From IMG/VR virus record IMGVR_UViG_3300036770_005357: a stretch of 64,000 nucleotides of DNA; one strand, given 5' to 3'. Shown here piece by piece: positions 9,285 through 18,696 of the stretch; positions within the stretch are counted from its first letter, which is position 1, and each line of letters opens with the position of its first letter. Below the pieces are notes generated by a model, which was not told the origin of the DNA, searched no databases, and saw nothing but the letters and a program-made list of their open reading frames with translations. The position numbers and the translations under genes were made by a program. The stretch comes from a virus. Its lineage: Duplodnaviria > Caudoviricetes.

Positions 9285-9382
9285 AAGATTGACATCCAAG
9301 TATTTATCAGTGAATCGTAACCCACTGCCCTCTATTTCTTGGTTTTCCGGATAACAACCGGATGAACTTAATCGTCAATCTT
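9285..9382 (-). ncRNA. Unclassified structured RNA, 98 nt
   Basis: Closing stem AAGATTGAC/GTCAATCTT; CCGG/CCGG, CCAAG/CTTGG and CAGTG/CACTG stems; promoter-like TTTACA-N16-TAAGAT just upstream. Confidence 0.55.
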
Positions 9383-9438
9383 GAAAATATCTTATCAGAA
9401 CTTTCTGACTTGTAAAGAACTTTTTTTAAAATCTTTGG

Positions 9439-9530
9439 GGTTGAGGGTGACTGCGCCAGTCGGAGCGCTCTCTTTTACAGTTAAGTAAACCGTGCGGACT
9501 GTTCCCCTACACCAAGTCACCACCTCAACC
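9439..9530 (-). ncRNA. Unclassified four-way-junction RNA starting at a promoter TSS
   Basis: Closing stem GGTTGAGG(T)GGTGACT/AGTCACCCTCAACC with three hairpins; CAGTC and GACTG loops complementary; begins 8 nt after the -10 box at 9539-9544. Confidence 0.65.
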
Positions 9531-9764
9531 TTGAAAATAGTCTACCAGCTTTTTTCTAGAAGTCAACAGATTTTTTAACGGTACTTCAGGCGGATGAAGA
9601 TTTCCTTGTTCTCCTCCAAAACCGTGTCAAGAATCTTGCCGCAGAACTCGCGCCATTCAGTCTCGGTAACTTGTCCGGTTTGGAACTTGCGGAACATGAT
9701 GTCGTATTCGTTCTTCATCGTGAAAACAGTTTACCAGCTTTCTTGGAGAAGTCAACCGCTTTTT

Positions 9765-10166
9765 TTAAAATCCAGCGTATTCCAGTGTATTTCTGATTTT
9801 GGAGTTAATAAACCCCGTTACCTCAACAAATCCATTATCAATCTCTTTCGTTTCAATCTTGAAAGTGAGTTTGGTTTTGGCGAATGGCTTATTTGTTTGA
9901 TGATCTAATGGCGTCGTGGTCAACAAAACCTTGCCGTCATACTTATTCATCAAATAATCATTTTCACTATCTTCACCATCCAAATTCAAGAAGATCGGCC
10001 TGCCATTCTCAATACCAGAAGCAAATGTAATATCAAATAACTTCTCAACAATCTCTACACTGCCACGATTACCGAAAATTTCATCTGTTAACTCCTGTAG
10101 AGTTTCTTGATTATCTTTTTCATTGGAAACTGTAAAGTCAAAATAATAAGTATGATTTGTCTTCAT
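9765..10166 (-). CDS. Hypothetical early protein (start MKTNHTY)
   Basis: ATG 9 nt after a promoter -10 box. Confidence 0.65.
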   Translation of the reverse strand: MKTNHTYYFDFTVSNEKDNQETLQELTDEIFGNRGSVEIVEKLFDITFASGIENGRPIFLNLDGEDSENDYLMNKYDGKVLLTTTPLDHQTNKPFAKTKLTFKIETKEIDNGFVEVTGFINSKIRNTLEYAGF

Positions 10167-10212
10167 CGTGAAAACAGTGTACACCAACCACAGAAGAAGT
10201 CAACCGCTTTTT

Positions 10213-10398
10213 TTACTTTTTCTTGGCTTTCTTGACTGTAGGTTTAGGCTTGCCAGCACCAGCAGCAGCGTCCACAACACCCTGATCGTAACGACCCAGA
10301 TTCTTAAGCACCGTTCCAATGTTTATGCCAGCCCGGACTTGTTCATAAGCAGTGTAAGCGGCCAATTCGTTCTCAGCTTCAGTTCGGTAATCATTCAT
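10213..10398 (-). CDS. Small hypothetical protein with Lys-rich tail
   Basis: ORF after a promoter copy. Confidence 0.6.
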   Translation of the reverse strand: MNDYRTEAENELAAYTAYEQVRAGINIGTVLKNLGRYDQGVVDAAAGAGKPKPTVKKAKKK

Positions 10399-10431
10399 CG
10401 TGGAAACAGTATAGACTACCCATAGGAGATG

Positions 10432-10677
10432 TCAAGCACCAACATACTCAATTTTATTATTAATCTTAACCTCATTACCCAACTTGTAAATCTTCTTAAT
10501 CCACTCAGTACCTCGTACAGCAATAATCTTATCCAACTCCTCACGGGTAACCAACATCATTACATCATACTTCCTATTACCAATACCACGCTGACCATCA
10601 TCATGTTCCTCATAAATCACCACAAACTCAGGATTGACATTCTTGTTCCGATTCATAGGATTCTTCGTGTTCTTCAT
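10432..10677 (-). CDS. Hypothetical early protein
   Basis: Flanked by two 40-bp near-identical promoter copies (10396-10435, 10675-10714). Confidence 0.6.
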   Translation of the reverse strand: MKNTKNPMNRNKNVNPEFVVIYEEHDDGQRGIGNRKYDVMMLVTREELDKIIAVRGTEWIKKIYKLGNEVKINNKIEYVGA

Positions 10678-10748
10678 CGTGGAAACAGTATAGACTACCC
10701 ATAGGAGAAGTCAAGCGGTACATCAAAAAAAGTTTCAGAAAATATCTG

Positions 10749-10840
10749 TTGACCCCACCGGAATTTCTGGTATAGTCTATCCAGATCGGCTGAACAAGCT
10801 AGGATAGGGGACCAACGCCTACCATAATACCGTTAAGGTT
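10749..10840 (+). repeat. Copy A of a plus-strand promoter plus two-hairpin element
   Basis: TTGACC-N16-TATAGT then ccagatcggctgaacaagctaggataggggaccaacgcctacc...cgttaa. Confidence 0.75.
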
Positions 10841-10991
10841 AAAGCTAAACCGCATGGCTTTGCATAGGTTGCGTTCTAGGAGCCAGACCCCTACCGACAC
10901 CCTACCTACGCACCAAAAGTGCGCCTATAGACCGCCTAGGCGCACCGGCAACCGTTCTAGGAGGATCATTTCGTTGAGCTCACCGATATGA

Positions 10992-11264
10992 TCAAACCAG
11001 CATATGGGCTAGTGGATGATAGGATACTTCCTTACGGCTATAAATATTCTTATCATAGTCTGTAGCTTCAATGACGAAAAGACGCTGGGAATACTTAATA
11101 AGACAATAGTTGTACCTAAATAAACTATTCAAATTAAACAACAATTCACCCAACTTAATCTTCACTTCACTATCCTCTACATCACATACACTATGCAAAT
11201 GATCGGTATCATTACGAACACGATCAGTAGATGTAGGATATTTTACAGCCAATATCTTTGTCAT
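10992..11264 (-). CDS. Hypothetical protein
   Basis: 90-aa ORF downstream of the helicase. Confidence 0.5.
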   Translation of the reverse strand: MTKILAVKYPTSTDRVRNDTDHLHSVCDVEDSEVKIKLGELLFNLNSLFRYNYCLIKYSQRLFVIEATDYDKNIYSRKEVSYHPLAHMLV

Positions 11265-11276
11265 ATAATTAATATA

Positions 11277-12650
11277 TTAAATCACCCGAACACTAAATGT
11301 CAAGTCACCATCATTCAACGATTCCAAATTATTAAGCTTGGCTTGAACCCTTCTACAAGCATCTTCCTCAATCGTATTAGCAGCAAATAGTACCTTCTGT
11401 ACACAAGGAGTCTTACCTTCAGCCCTATGAATTCTCCCAAGTGCTTGAAGCATATTGATAGCACTAAAACTAGGACTCAAAATACTATGACGAGGATGAT
11501 TGCCATTCAAGTCATGAAGACTCACACCAGCATTACCCGCTGCCAAATTAGCAATCATAATTCGCTTACGATCCGCTTGAAAATCAGCAATGTCAGCCTG
11601 ACGAGCCTTATCACTCTGTCCACCAACAATACGAGCAACACTCTGACTGTATGTATTGTTTTTACCCAATTGATTAATAATTGCGTCAACAGTATCTGTA
11701 AAATTTACAAATACAACCGGACTGATTCCCTCATCATACAAATCCTTGATCATATCAACCATCGTAGGTACCTTAAGTAACTCAACCTTACGACGAGCCT
11801 TAGTCATAATAGCAAAGTGATGTTCGCTATAATTGGAACTTGACTCTTCAAGTTCAGCCAGTTCTTGTTCCATGATTTCATAGATACGATTGATCTTATC
11901 AGTATTCGTACCCATGTCAAATACATCAGCAATAACCCTATTGTCCGGAAAGATCTTGTCAAACATCTTTCTAGTCATACGGCTAGCCACTTTAAACCGG
12001 TTGAACAGCTTGTCGTGAATATTAGCCATGGCCTCAATCGCTTGACGACTACCAATATCAATTTGATAACCACCAAACCTACCAGTATAAGCACCGCTAT
12101 CAAAGATAAAGCTACGGAAACTCACCAGATTATGAAGCGTCGTAGCAAATCCAAAACTCTTCATCTCCAATGGATTAGTAGCAGCGGTAGCACTCAAAAG
12201 AAGCAGCTTATAGTGGTTCTTCTTGAGAGCAATGAGAAAGTCACTATTCTTGCTATCAAATCCTTTACACTTATGACACTCGTCAATAATGACAAGCGCA
12301 TTCTTGGGAAAGTGGATTTGGTAATCGTCCGGGGTATTGTCTCTACCATTGAGAAAGGAGAGATGTTCAGTATTACCCCGAGTCAATTTCTCAAAGTTTA
12401 TGACGACATGTGCTTTGATACCGAATTCCTTCAGTACATTATGCCAATTGGGAATAACCACTTTGGGACATACAACAACCACAGGGCTATTGAAGTGCTT
12501 GGCGATCCACGCGCCAACATAACTTTTTCCACATCCTGTTTCACTAAGATCTACAGCCGTGCCATTGACATAGAGGCTATCAAGTAGTTTTACTGCATGT
12601 TCCGCTTGAGGACCAATCAGTTTTGAGAAGTCAAATGAAGTAACGCTCAT
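11277..12650 (-). CDS. SF2 (SNF2-like) DNA helicase
   Basis: ETGCGKS Walker A, IIDECH, LSATA, GVSLHD, QALGRIHR motifs. Confidence 0.9.
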   Translation of the reverse strand: MSVTSFDFSKLIGPQAEHAVKLLDSLYVNGTAVDLSETGCGKSYVGAWIAKHFNSPVVVVCPKVVIPNWHNVLKEFGIKAHVVINFEKLTRGNTEHLSFLNGRDNTPDDYQIHFPKNALVIIDECHKCKGFDSKNSDFLIALKKNHYKLLLLSATAATNPLEMKSFGFATTLHNLVSFRSFIFDSGAYTGRFGGYQIDIGSRQAIEAMANIHDKLFNRFKVASRMTRKMFDKIFPDNRVIADVFDMGTNTDKINRIYEIMEQELAELEESSSNYSEHHFAIMTKARRKVELLKVPTMVDMIKDLYDEGISPVVFVNFTDTVDAIINQLGKNNTYSQSVARIVGGQSDKARQADIADFQADRKRIMIANLAAGNAGVSLHDLNGNHPRHSILSPSFSAINMLQALGRIHRAEGKTPCVQKVLFAANTIEEDACRRVQAKLNNLESLNDGDLTFSVRVI

Positions 12651-12768
12651 CGTTTACCTACTGTACCACGGGGTTATAAAAAGTCAAGCCTCCCACGCAA
12701 CTTTTTTCACTTTTCCTCTACTTTTACTCCTCTACTTTTATATATATTAGTAGAGGAAATTATAATAT

Positions 12769-13647
12769 ATGGACAACAATATAAACCAAACTATAATAGA
12801 AAAAGTAGCAATCAAAAGCGTGGCAATATATAAAGCAATAGCTATGTTACCACCACCAGAAATAAAGGACTTATGGGCAGAAAACAATTATACAAAACAG
12901 ACGCAGAACGACTTGAAGCTAGACGCGAAAGACAATTGCGTTACTATGAAAAAAACAAAAACAGAATTAACGCCGGTAGATTGGAAAGATATTACAAATC
13001 AAAACAAGAGCGGGATTTATAAAATAATAAACAAGATTGACGGCAAGTATTATGTAGGTAGAAGTTCCAATATTAAAAAAAGATGGAGATCTCATCGTAA
13101 TCTTTTAAGACAAAACAAACACAGTAATTGTCACCTACAAAGGGCTTGGAATCGTGATGGGGAATCGTCATTTGATTTTATTTTAGTTGAAGAAGTAATA
13201 CCGGATAAAAATATTCTAATAGATGTTGAAACTCGGTACATTAATAAGTTTGTAAATGATAGGAAAAACGGCATTGACGATTGTTACAACTTAAGCTTAA
13301 GTGCGGTTACAGGAAGTGTACCCGGTAATCAACACAGAAAAGGAAAACCTCATTCAATTGAAGATAGATTAAAAATATCTAAGGGACTGTTAGGCAACAC
13401 GAATACTAAAGGTAAATCTATTTCCGAAATACACAGACAAAAAATTATAATGAATGCGCCTAAAGGCAAAAATAATCATGCATTCAATAATAAAATTTAT
13501 AACTTCTTCAACAAAAATACAGGCGAAAGTTTTAGTGGTACACTCAGTGAACTTTTACAAAAAGAAAATATAAAAATAAATTCAGCGTTTCATAGAGTTA
13601 TCCGTGGCGAAAGAAATCATTACAAAGGATGGATATATAAACCCTAG
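12769..13647 (+). mobile_element. GIY-YIG homing endonuclease (probable real start MKKTKTEL near 12946)
   Basis: SGIYKIINKIDGKYYVGRSS; catalytic domain closely resembles the 4222 enzyme. Confidence 0.9.
12873..13025 (+). CDS. Small basic MGRK-type ORF overlapping the GIY-YIG 5' end in another frame
   Basis: Manual translation MGRKQLYKTDAERLEARRERQLRYYEKNKNRINAGRLERYYKSKQERDL*; homolog at 18970. Confidence 0.65.
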
Positions 13648-13653
13648 AATGTC

Positions 13654-13845
13654 TCAATCCTCTGTATCAGCTTTTTCTACAGTGGGAGAGATGATGGGGA
13701 TACGGACAGTGAAGATGATGCGGCTAATTTCGTTGAAGACGATCTTGACAAAAGTGACCGTCAACAAATAAATCAACAATACAAAGGCAATTGCCATACA
13801 GTAATTGCTGATACTAGATGTAATATGTTTAAAAAACTCAGTCAT
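13654..13845 (-). CDS. Small membrane protein
   Basis: Hydrophobic central helix. Confidence 0.5.
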   Translation of the reverse strand: MTEFFKHITSSISNYCMAIAFVLLIYLLTVTFVKIVFNEISRIIFTVRIPIISPTVEKADTED

Positions 13846-13872
13846 ATTAATTATGAATAGTGTTCTTGATTA

Positions 13873-14157
13873 TCAAAACCAGTAATACATTTCTATAGCT
13901 TCAGAACAGCGTGCTTTTGACCACAAAGCAGCAGACTTTTTCGCTATTGATTTGGTATTGTCACTTTCATCATATTCAAAATAATTCCGTTTACCACCGG
14001 GAGAAAATGCAACATATTGCATGTTATCAACATCGTGCCAATACTTTCCTTTAGCAAGTTGTTTTGCTTGTTTTACTTCAACCTTAGTAGCAAATTTACC
14101 ACTATATGGATTATATGGATTTATACAACCCGCTATAAACTTCTGTCGGCTAGTCAT
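13873..14157 (-). CDS. Hypothetical protein
   Basis: 94-aa ORF. Confidence 0.55.
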   Translation of the reverse strand: MTSRQKFIAGCINPYNPYSGKFATKVEVKQAKQLAKGKYWHDVDNMQYVAFSPGGKRNYFEYDESDNTKSIAKKSAALWSKARCSEAIEMYYWF

Positions 14158-14192
14158 ATCTTTTTATAGAATAAGGGGTATCCGCCTAAATG

Positions 14193-14519
14193 TCAAGCAA
14201 CCTTTGCTTCAATCTCAGCCAGTTTCTCAGCGGGAATCAAGCTAATAATTTGACGGGAATACTTAGGAAGCTTACGAAAAGCAATAACAAGTTGTTTAGG
14301 ACTAAGTGTGCGACCCTTGTTAATCTGTTCAGCAAACGAACTTAGTATAAAAGCATCAGTACCGTTGTATCCAACGCCATTGTCGTGTCCCGTGTTTTGA
14401 GCAATCTGCTCGTCAGTCGTCTGCCTCTCCCAGAGCTTCACGATAGCCCTCGTAGCCCAAGTCGGATTGGAGGAGAGCTGCTGCTTCACATATTCAACCA
14501 CTTTCGGATTCAGTTTCAT
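14193..14519 (-). CDS. Conserved phage hypothetical protein
   Basis: EQ...NGVGY...DAFILSSFAEQ...LSPKQ pattern; own promoter. Confidence 0.65.
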   Translation of the reverse strand: MKLNPKVVEYVKQQLSSNPTWATRAIVKLWERQTTDEQIAQNTGHDNGVGYNGTDAFILSSFAEQINKGRTLSPKQLVIAFRKLPKYSRQIISLIPAEKLAEIEAKVA

Positions 14520-14578
14520 CGTGGAAACAGTCTACAGGCTTCTAGGGAGAAGTCAAGCGGTAAAAACAAAAAAACTAA

Positions 14579-14605
14579 CAGAAAATTAATCCGTTAGCTT
14601 TTACA
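14579..14605 (-). terminator. Terminator hairpin, duplicated at about 15120-15146
   Basis: AGCTAACGG-attaatttt-CTGTTAG followed by a T tract on the minus strand. Confidence 0.65.
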
Positions 14606-14624
14606 AAAATATGTTTATAACTTG

Positions 14625-15008
14625 TTATTTACCAAATATTCCAATTTTTCCCATTTGTGATTGAAGAACTGGATTTATTTTCTTCAAAACATCTTTGCCC
14701 GTTGGAATGACTCCACCCCACGACCCTGAATATTTCACTTTTACACGATCATTTCCATCCGGTTCAATTTTTATCATAAAATCTGGGGATTTTTTGGATG
14801 TTATTATGATAGTATTTATGGCAGTATCAATACGCACAAGTAAGTCTCTGTCTATGAGAAGAATGTTACCTTTAAGATCATAAAACAATCTGTCAATTAT
14901 AGATTCAATGTTTGATCCACCAGAAGTACTACGAGTGTCTGATGTATCATCTTCATTTAGGTTTAGAAGACATTCTTTGATTAACATTTTTAGTTGGGTT
15001 CTAGTCAT
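14625..15008 (-). CDS. Late-type protein with MTRTQLKMLIKE tag
   Basis: AT-rich ORF, TATTTATA motif upstream (15031-15038). Confidence 0.65.
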   Translation of the reverse strand: MTRTQLKMLIKECLLNLNEDDTSDTRSTSGGSNIESIIDRLFYDLKGNILLIDRDLLVRIDTAINTIIITSKKSPDFMIKIEPDGNDRVKVKYSGSWGGVIPTGKDVLKKINPVLQSQMGKIGIFGK

Positions 15009-15180
15009 AATTTATATATTGGTTATTTGTTATAAATATACGAAAAAAAAAAATAATAAAAAAATTTACTCGTACAGTTTACTAGCTTTTTTGGGGAAGT
15101 CAAGCGGTAAAAACAAAAAAGCTAACAGAAAATTAATCCGTTAGCTTTGTAATTAATTATAATGATTTAAGTTTAATCCA

Positions 15181-15465
15181 CTACCCGAACAGATCGAAAT
15201 CATCAAAATTATCAACATACCAACTAAAATGACGGGCAAAAGAACGAAAAATGTCAGCCGCTTTGGTTTTTGCTTTTTGAGCTAGATCGGAAAATTGTTG
15301 TTTTTTGACAGGATCGTTTGTTTTCTTACTCAATTCACGATATTCATCTTCCTTTTTTTTCAAAGTAGAATAAGCTAATTTTGCTTTGTTAATCGTGGAT
15401 TTGTCATGATCACTATTTTCAATAATTACTTCTTTGATAAGTTCTTTAAGTTCTTTTTTAGTCAT
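15181..15465 (-). CDS. Late-type protein with MTKKELKELIKE tag
   Basis: TATTTATA motif at 15470-15477. Confidence 0.7.
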   Translation of the reverse strand: MTKKELKELIKEVIIENSDHDKSTINKAKLAYSTLKKKEDEYRELSKKTNDPVKKQQFSDLAQKAKTKAADIFRSFARHFSWYVDNFDDFDLFG

Positions 15466-15520
15466 ATACTATAAATATATGAGAAAAAAATAATTACAGA
15501 TTATAAAACTTTTATAGATA

Positions 15521-15742
15521 TTATTTTGCGTAATGTATTTTATTAGTGCAATTACCTTTATGTATTAATGTCCAGCCACCTATTTTACCGTTATAAGTCT
15601 GAATATACTCACAACCATCTATAACTTTATTTATATTGGTAGGTATCATCATAAATATAATAACAGAAATAATAATAATGCCCAAGTAAATCAAAGTTTC
15701 ATGCGTTATAAATGCTTTGTTTTTCATAGTTGCTTCTTTCAT
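15521..15742 (-). CDS. Small membrane protein, paralog of 40963..41157
   Basis: TM helix then IDGCEYI...LIHKGNCTNKIH, matching IDNCQYI...LTHKGNCTNNIH. Confidence 0.65.
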   Translation of the reverse strand: MKEATMKNKAFITHETLIYLGIIIISVIIFMMIPTNINKVIDGCEYIQTYNGKIGGWTLIHKGNCTNKIHYAK

Positions 15743-15800
15743 CACGAGAACAGTCTACAGTTTTCTAGGGAGAAGTCAAGCCCCCTTTTTTGGGGGAAAT

Positions 15801-15878
15801 TGGTGGGCCTTGAAGGATTTGAACCATCACTCTCAGCAATTATGAGTTGCGTGTTTTAACCAATTAAACTAAAGGCCC
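15801..15878 (-). tRNA. tRNA with CAT anticodon, probably Ile2 (or Met)
   Basis: GGGCCTT/AAGGCCC acceptor, CTCATAA loop, TTCAAAT T loop, ACCA end; own TTGACA-N17-TACAAT promoter. The acceptor resembles Ile2 tRNAs. Confidence 0.85.
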
Positions 15879-16083
15879 GTTATCTAAAAACTATTGTATC
15901 AAACAACTATGCTTTTGTCAAATACTCAAAGTTCGGTATAACAAACACTCACTGTACGACAATCGCCTTTGTAACGCTTGTACGCTTTTTGTTCTGCTTG
16001 ATTATGGTTGGCAGCCTTAATGTAGCCAACTTCTACGCCGTTGTAATAAACAATAAATGTCTTCATATCTTTATCAGTAGTTA

Positions 16084-16281
16084 TCAATAATCATATCCAC
16101 GCTCAATAGCATCAGCACAACTATTGCAAATAGCATACTGAGGCTGTATGTTCACCATACGATCACATCGCTTACACCGCTTAGCAACATTCGTACGCTG
16201 ACACTTATGATAGTAATCAACCATCTCAGGCTCATCCATGTTGCTCCAAGTGCCATAATTGTCGTCACAGTAGGTTCTCAT
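16084..16281 (-). CDS. Small Zn-ribbon protein
   Basis: CKRC...CNSC. Confidence 0.6.
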   Translation of the reverse strand: MRTYCDDNYGTWSNMDEPEMVDYYHKCQRTNVAKRCKRCDRMVNIQPQYAICNSCADAIERGYDY

Positions 16282-16336
16282 TGTTTTAATAGTCTATCAG
16301 CTTTTTTTAATTTGTCAACAGCTTTTTTTAGAGAAA

Positions 16337-16436
16337 GTATCAATTCGGTTGCATCACACCTAATTTATTCTGCAATGCTTTGAGGACAGGCTCTCCATCC
16401 TCATCCGCTAGGCTACGGATTCCACCGAATTGACAC
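16337..16436 (-). ncRNA. Stand-alone cloverleaf-like ncRNA, 100 nt
   Basis: 13-bp closing stem GTGTCAATTCGGT/ACCGAATTGATAC with three hairpins; promoter TTGACA-N16-TATTTT directly upstream; no ORF. Confidence 0.7.
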
Positions 16437-16464
16437 CACCAAAATATCAGACTTTTTTAATCTG

Positions 16465-16695
16465 TCAAGCCTTCGGACACTGTTGAAACTCAAGACTCGG
16501 CGCAATCTTCTCCATCACCCTCATCGCTTCGTCCCGACTGTACACCTGAAAAAACAACTCTCCATCTCCACGATACAACCTCCACACCAAACGCTCACGG
16601 TTGTACATCACATACCCAACAATCACCCCTTGGTTGACCAGCGCATCCACCGGTTTTCCGTCAATCTCAGTCACCGTCCAGTTCATCGTTTTCAT
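16465..16695 (-). CDS. Hypothetical early protein
   Basis: ORF after a promoter copy. Confidence 0.6.
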   Translation of the reverse strand: MKTMNWTVTEIDGKPVDALVNQGVIVGYVMYNRERLVWRLYRGDGELFFQVYSRDEAMRVMEKIAPSLEFQQCPKA

Positions 16696-16729
16696 TACGG
16701 GAAACAGTCTACCAGAAATCTTCAGTCTG

Positions 16730-17005
16730 TCAAGCCCTCACCGTCAACTCGTTCAGCTGTTGAATGGTAGCCCCGCTCATCTCAACCGCCCAATGAACAT
16801 GGTTCATTGCCTCCTTCTTCTTGATTGAATGACCCAGAAACTTAGCACCGTCACCAGTTCCATGATACATTCGCCACCAGTTCTTGCCGTGCTTAGTATC
16901 AACAGGCTTATCAATCATACCCACAGCCTCACCCGCTTGATTGAAAGCGACATGAAGGTTAGGAATCGTGCTCTTGATCTTCTTCCAAGTGATGTAAGTA
17001 ATCAT
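16730..17005 (-). CDS. Hypothetical early protein
   Basis: ORF after a promoter copy. Confidence 0.6.
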   Translation of the reverse strand: MITYITWKKIKSTIPNLHVAFNQAGEAVGMIDKPVDTKHGKNWWRMYHGTGDGAKFLGHSIKKKEAMNHVHWAVEMSGATIQQLNELTVRA

Positions 17006-17415
17006 ATTACGGGATACAGTGTACCAGCTTTTTTTAAGCTGTCAAGCGCTTTTCGGGCTGATAAGTGACGATAGGCGCTGGTTGGATATTCATCGCCGTC
17101 ATCTTGTCAACATAATCACACCACAACAGATAGTTTCGCTGGCCAGACTTCTTGGTTTTGTTCTTCTTCATATTACGGGTAAGAGTGTATCAGGTTTTTT
17201 TCGGTTGTCAAGCCCCTTCAGTCCTCGTCAATCATGGAGTCGTCCACCTCAAAGCTGCCCTCAATGTAGCTGCCATCCTCAGGCAATGGAGCACCCTTAG
17301 CCTCATGTATTGCTTCAGCTACACTGTCAGCCTGCACTTCTACATAACCATACATCTGCCAAACAACAGGTACACGATAGGTTTTCATTGCGGTCATATC
17401 TTTATTTATTTAATT

Positions 17416-17691
17416 TCAGAACCAAAACTCAATACCAATAGTGTCACCCTTGCTATCAAACTGTAATACACCATCCACAACATTACCCACAATATCAAGA
17501 GAAAAACTCAAATCACCCTCCAATACCAACTTGCTATCAGTAATCTCAAAATCCTCAATCTCATATCCATCAGTATCACCATTAAAGTAATACATAACAG
17601 ACGACGGCATATCATTGCCAAATGTATCAACACACTCATTCAAATACTCACGAATCGTCATAGTAACAGTCTCAGTTTTCATTGCATGCAT
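17416..17691 (-). CDS. Acidic hypothetical protein
   Basis: ORF after the promoter at 17716-17743. Confidence 0.6.
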   Translation of the reverse strand: MHAMKTETVTMTIREYLNECVDTFGNDMPSSVMYYFNGDTDGYEIEDFEITDSKLVLEGDLSFSLDIVGNVVDGVLQFDSKGDTIGIEFWF

Positions 17692-17731
17692 ATCTTTATT
17701 TATTTAACGGTTAATAGTCTATCAGCTTTTT

Positions 17732-17965
17732 TTAATCTGTCAAGCCCCCAGTCATCACCTCAATGTCCATCTTCGTCTCACCCTGTAGTGTTTGCCAACG
17801 ATACCCCGACAAATACTCGTTCACCTGCTCCTGCGTCATATCCACAGCCTCCACCCGACGAGATTGATAGGTAGCACCCTCAAAGTAATGAGGACGAATG
17901 TCACGCCCATACCACTTGTCAGCCCTGCCCCGATCCCACGGTCCTCCATGTCGTTCGTTCATCAT
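17732..17965 (-). CDS. Conserved phage hypothetical (HGGPWDRG.AD..YGR)
   Basis: Motif; ATG after a promoter copy. Confidence 0.6.
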   Translation of the reverse strand: MMNERHGGPWDRGRADKWYGRDIRPHYFEGATYQSRRVEAVDMTQEQVNEYLSGYRWQTLQGETKMDIEVMTGGLTD

Positions 17966-18137
17966 GTACACACTCTACACTGCCCACCGAAGAAGTCAAG
18001 CTCCTCCAACCACTTTTTTTAAACTTCTTCCTTTATCGTTAAATTTACCCCACCCCACCCAATACCCTACCGAGACACCATCCAACAAACCAAAGAGGGC
18101 CTGGCGCAATCCTGGCGCTGCCAGGCCCCCGTCAACC

Positions 18138-18443
18138 TCAGACACCAGCCAGACTTTCCAGCTGGGTGTACTCCACACCCTCCTTGGGCGTCCAGTAGAG
18201 ATCCCGCTCGATCTTGAGGCCAAACGGTCCACGAACCGCCTCCAGACCCTCTAGAGACTCAATGCCACCCCATTCCACGCAACCCATACCCAGATCGGCG
18301 TAACCGTAAAGGATGCCATCCTCCATACCAGTGATCAACCAGGTGGCACGACCCCAAGGGGTGAACAGCTTGCAGATCGGATTCGTGTTGTTGTAGCCAG
18401 CCTTGTTGAGCTTGGCAGTCAGTTGTTTCGTCAGTAGCTTCAT
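18138..18443 (-). CDS. DUF2958-like protein
   Basis: KLFTPWGRATWLIT...YGYADLGMGCVEWG...IERDLYW; ATG at 18443 follows a promoter. Confidence 0.7.
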   Translation of the reverse strand: MKLLTKQLTAKLNKAGYNNTNPICKLFTPWGRATWLITGMEDGILYGYADLGMGCVEWGGIESLEGLEAVRGPFGLKIERDLYWTPKEGVEYTQLESLAGV

Positions 18444-18477
18444 CGTGAGACAGACTCTAACAGCTTTTTTTAAAGTG

Positions 18478-18696
18478 TCAAGCCTCCACCAGTTCAACGG
18501 CAGTCAGCTTACCCTGAGCGATTCGGTAGTTCACCGGATCCTCGCTCTCAGCAGCCCGCACATCCTCAACCATCCACCAACGCATCCGAGTCTGCATCGC
18601 ACTCTCAAACGCTTCAACCTCGGTAGCAAACCGAAGACCATTGGTGGCCCACTTACCCTCTACCTTCACTTCCGGCTTCCATGACTTGTTGTTCAT
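18478..18696 (-). CDS. Hypothetical early protein
   Basis: First cassette of the minus-strand block. Confidence 0.6.
   Translation of the reverse strand: MNNKSWKPEVKVEGKWATNGLRFATEVEAFESAMQTRMRWWMVEDVRAAESEDPVNYRIAQGKLTAVELVEA

Noticed and set aside
10396-10714. 40-bp near-identical direct repeats resembling a CRISPR array
   Set aside because: They are promoter copies separated by a whole gene (about 240 bp); no regular spacers and no cas genes in the window
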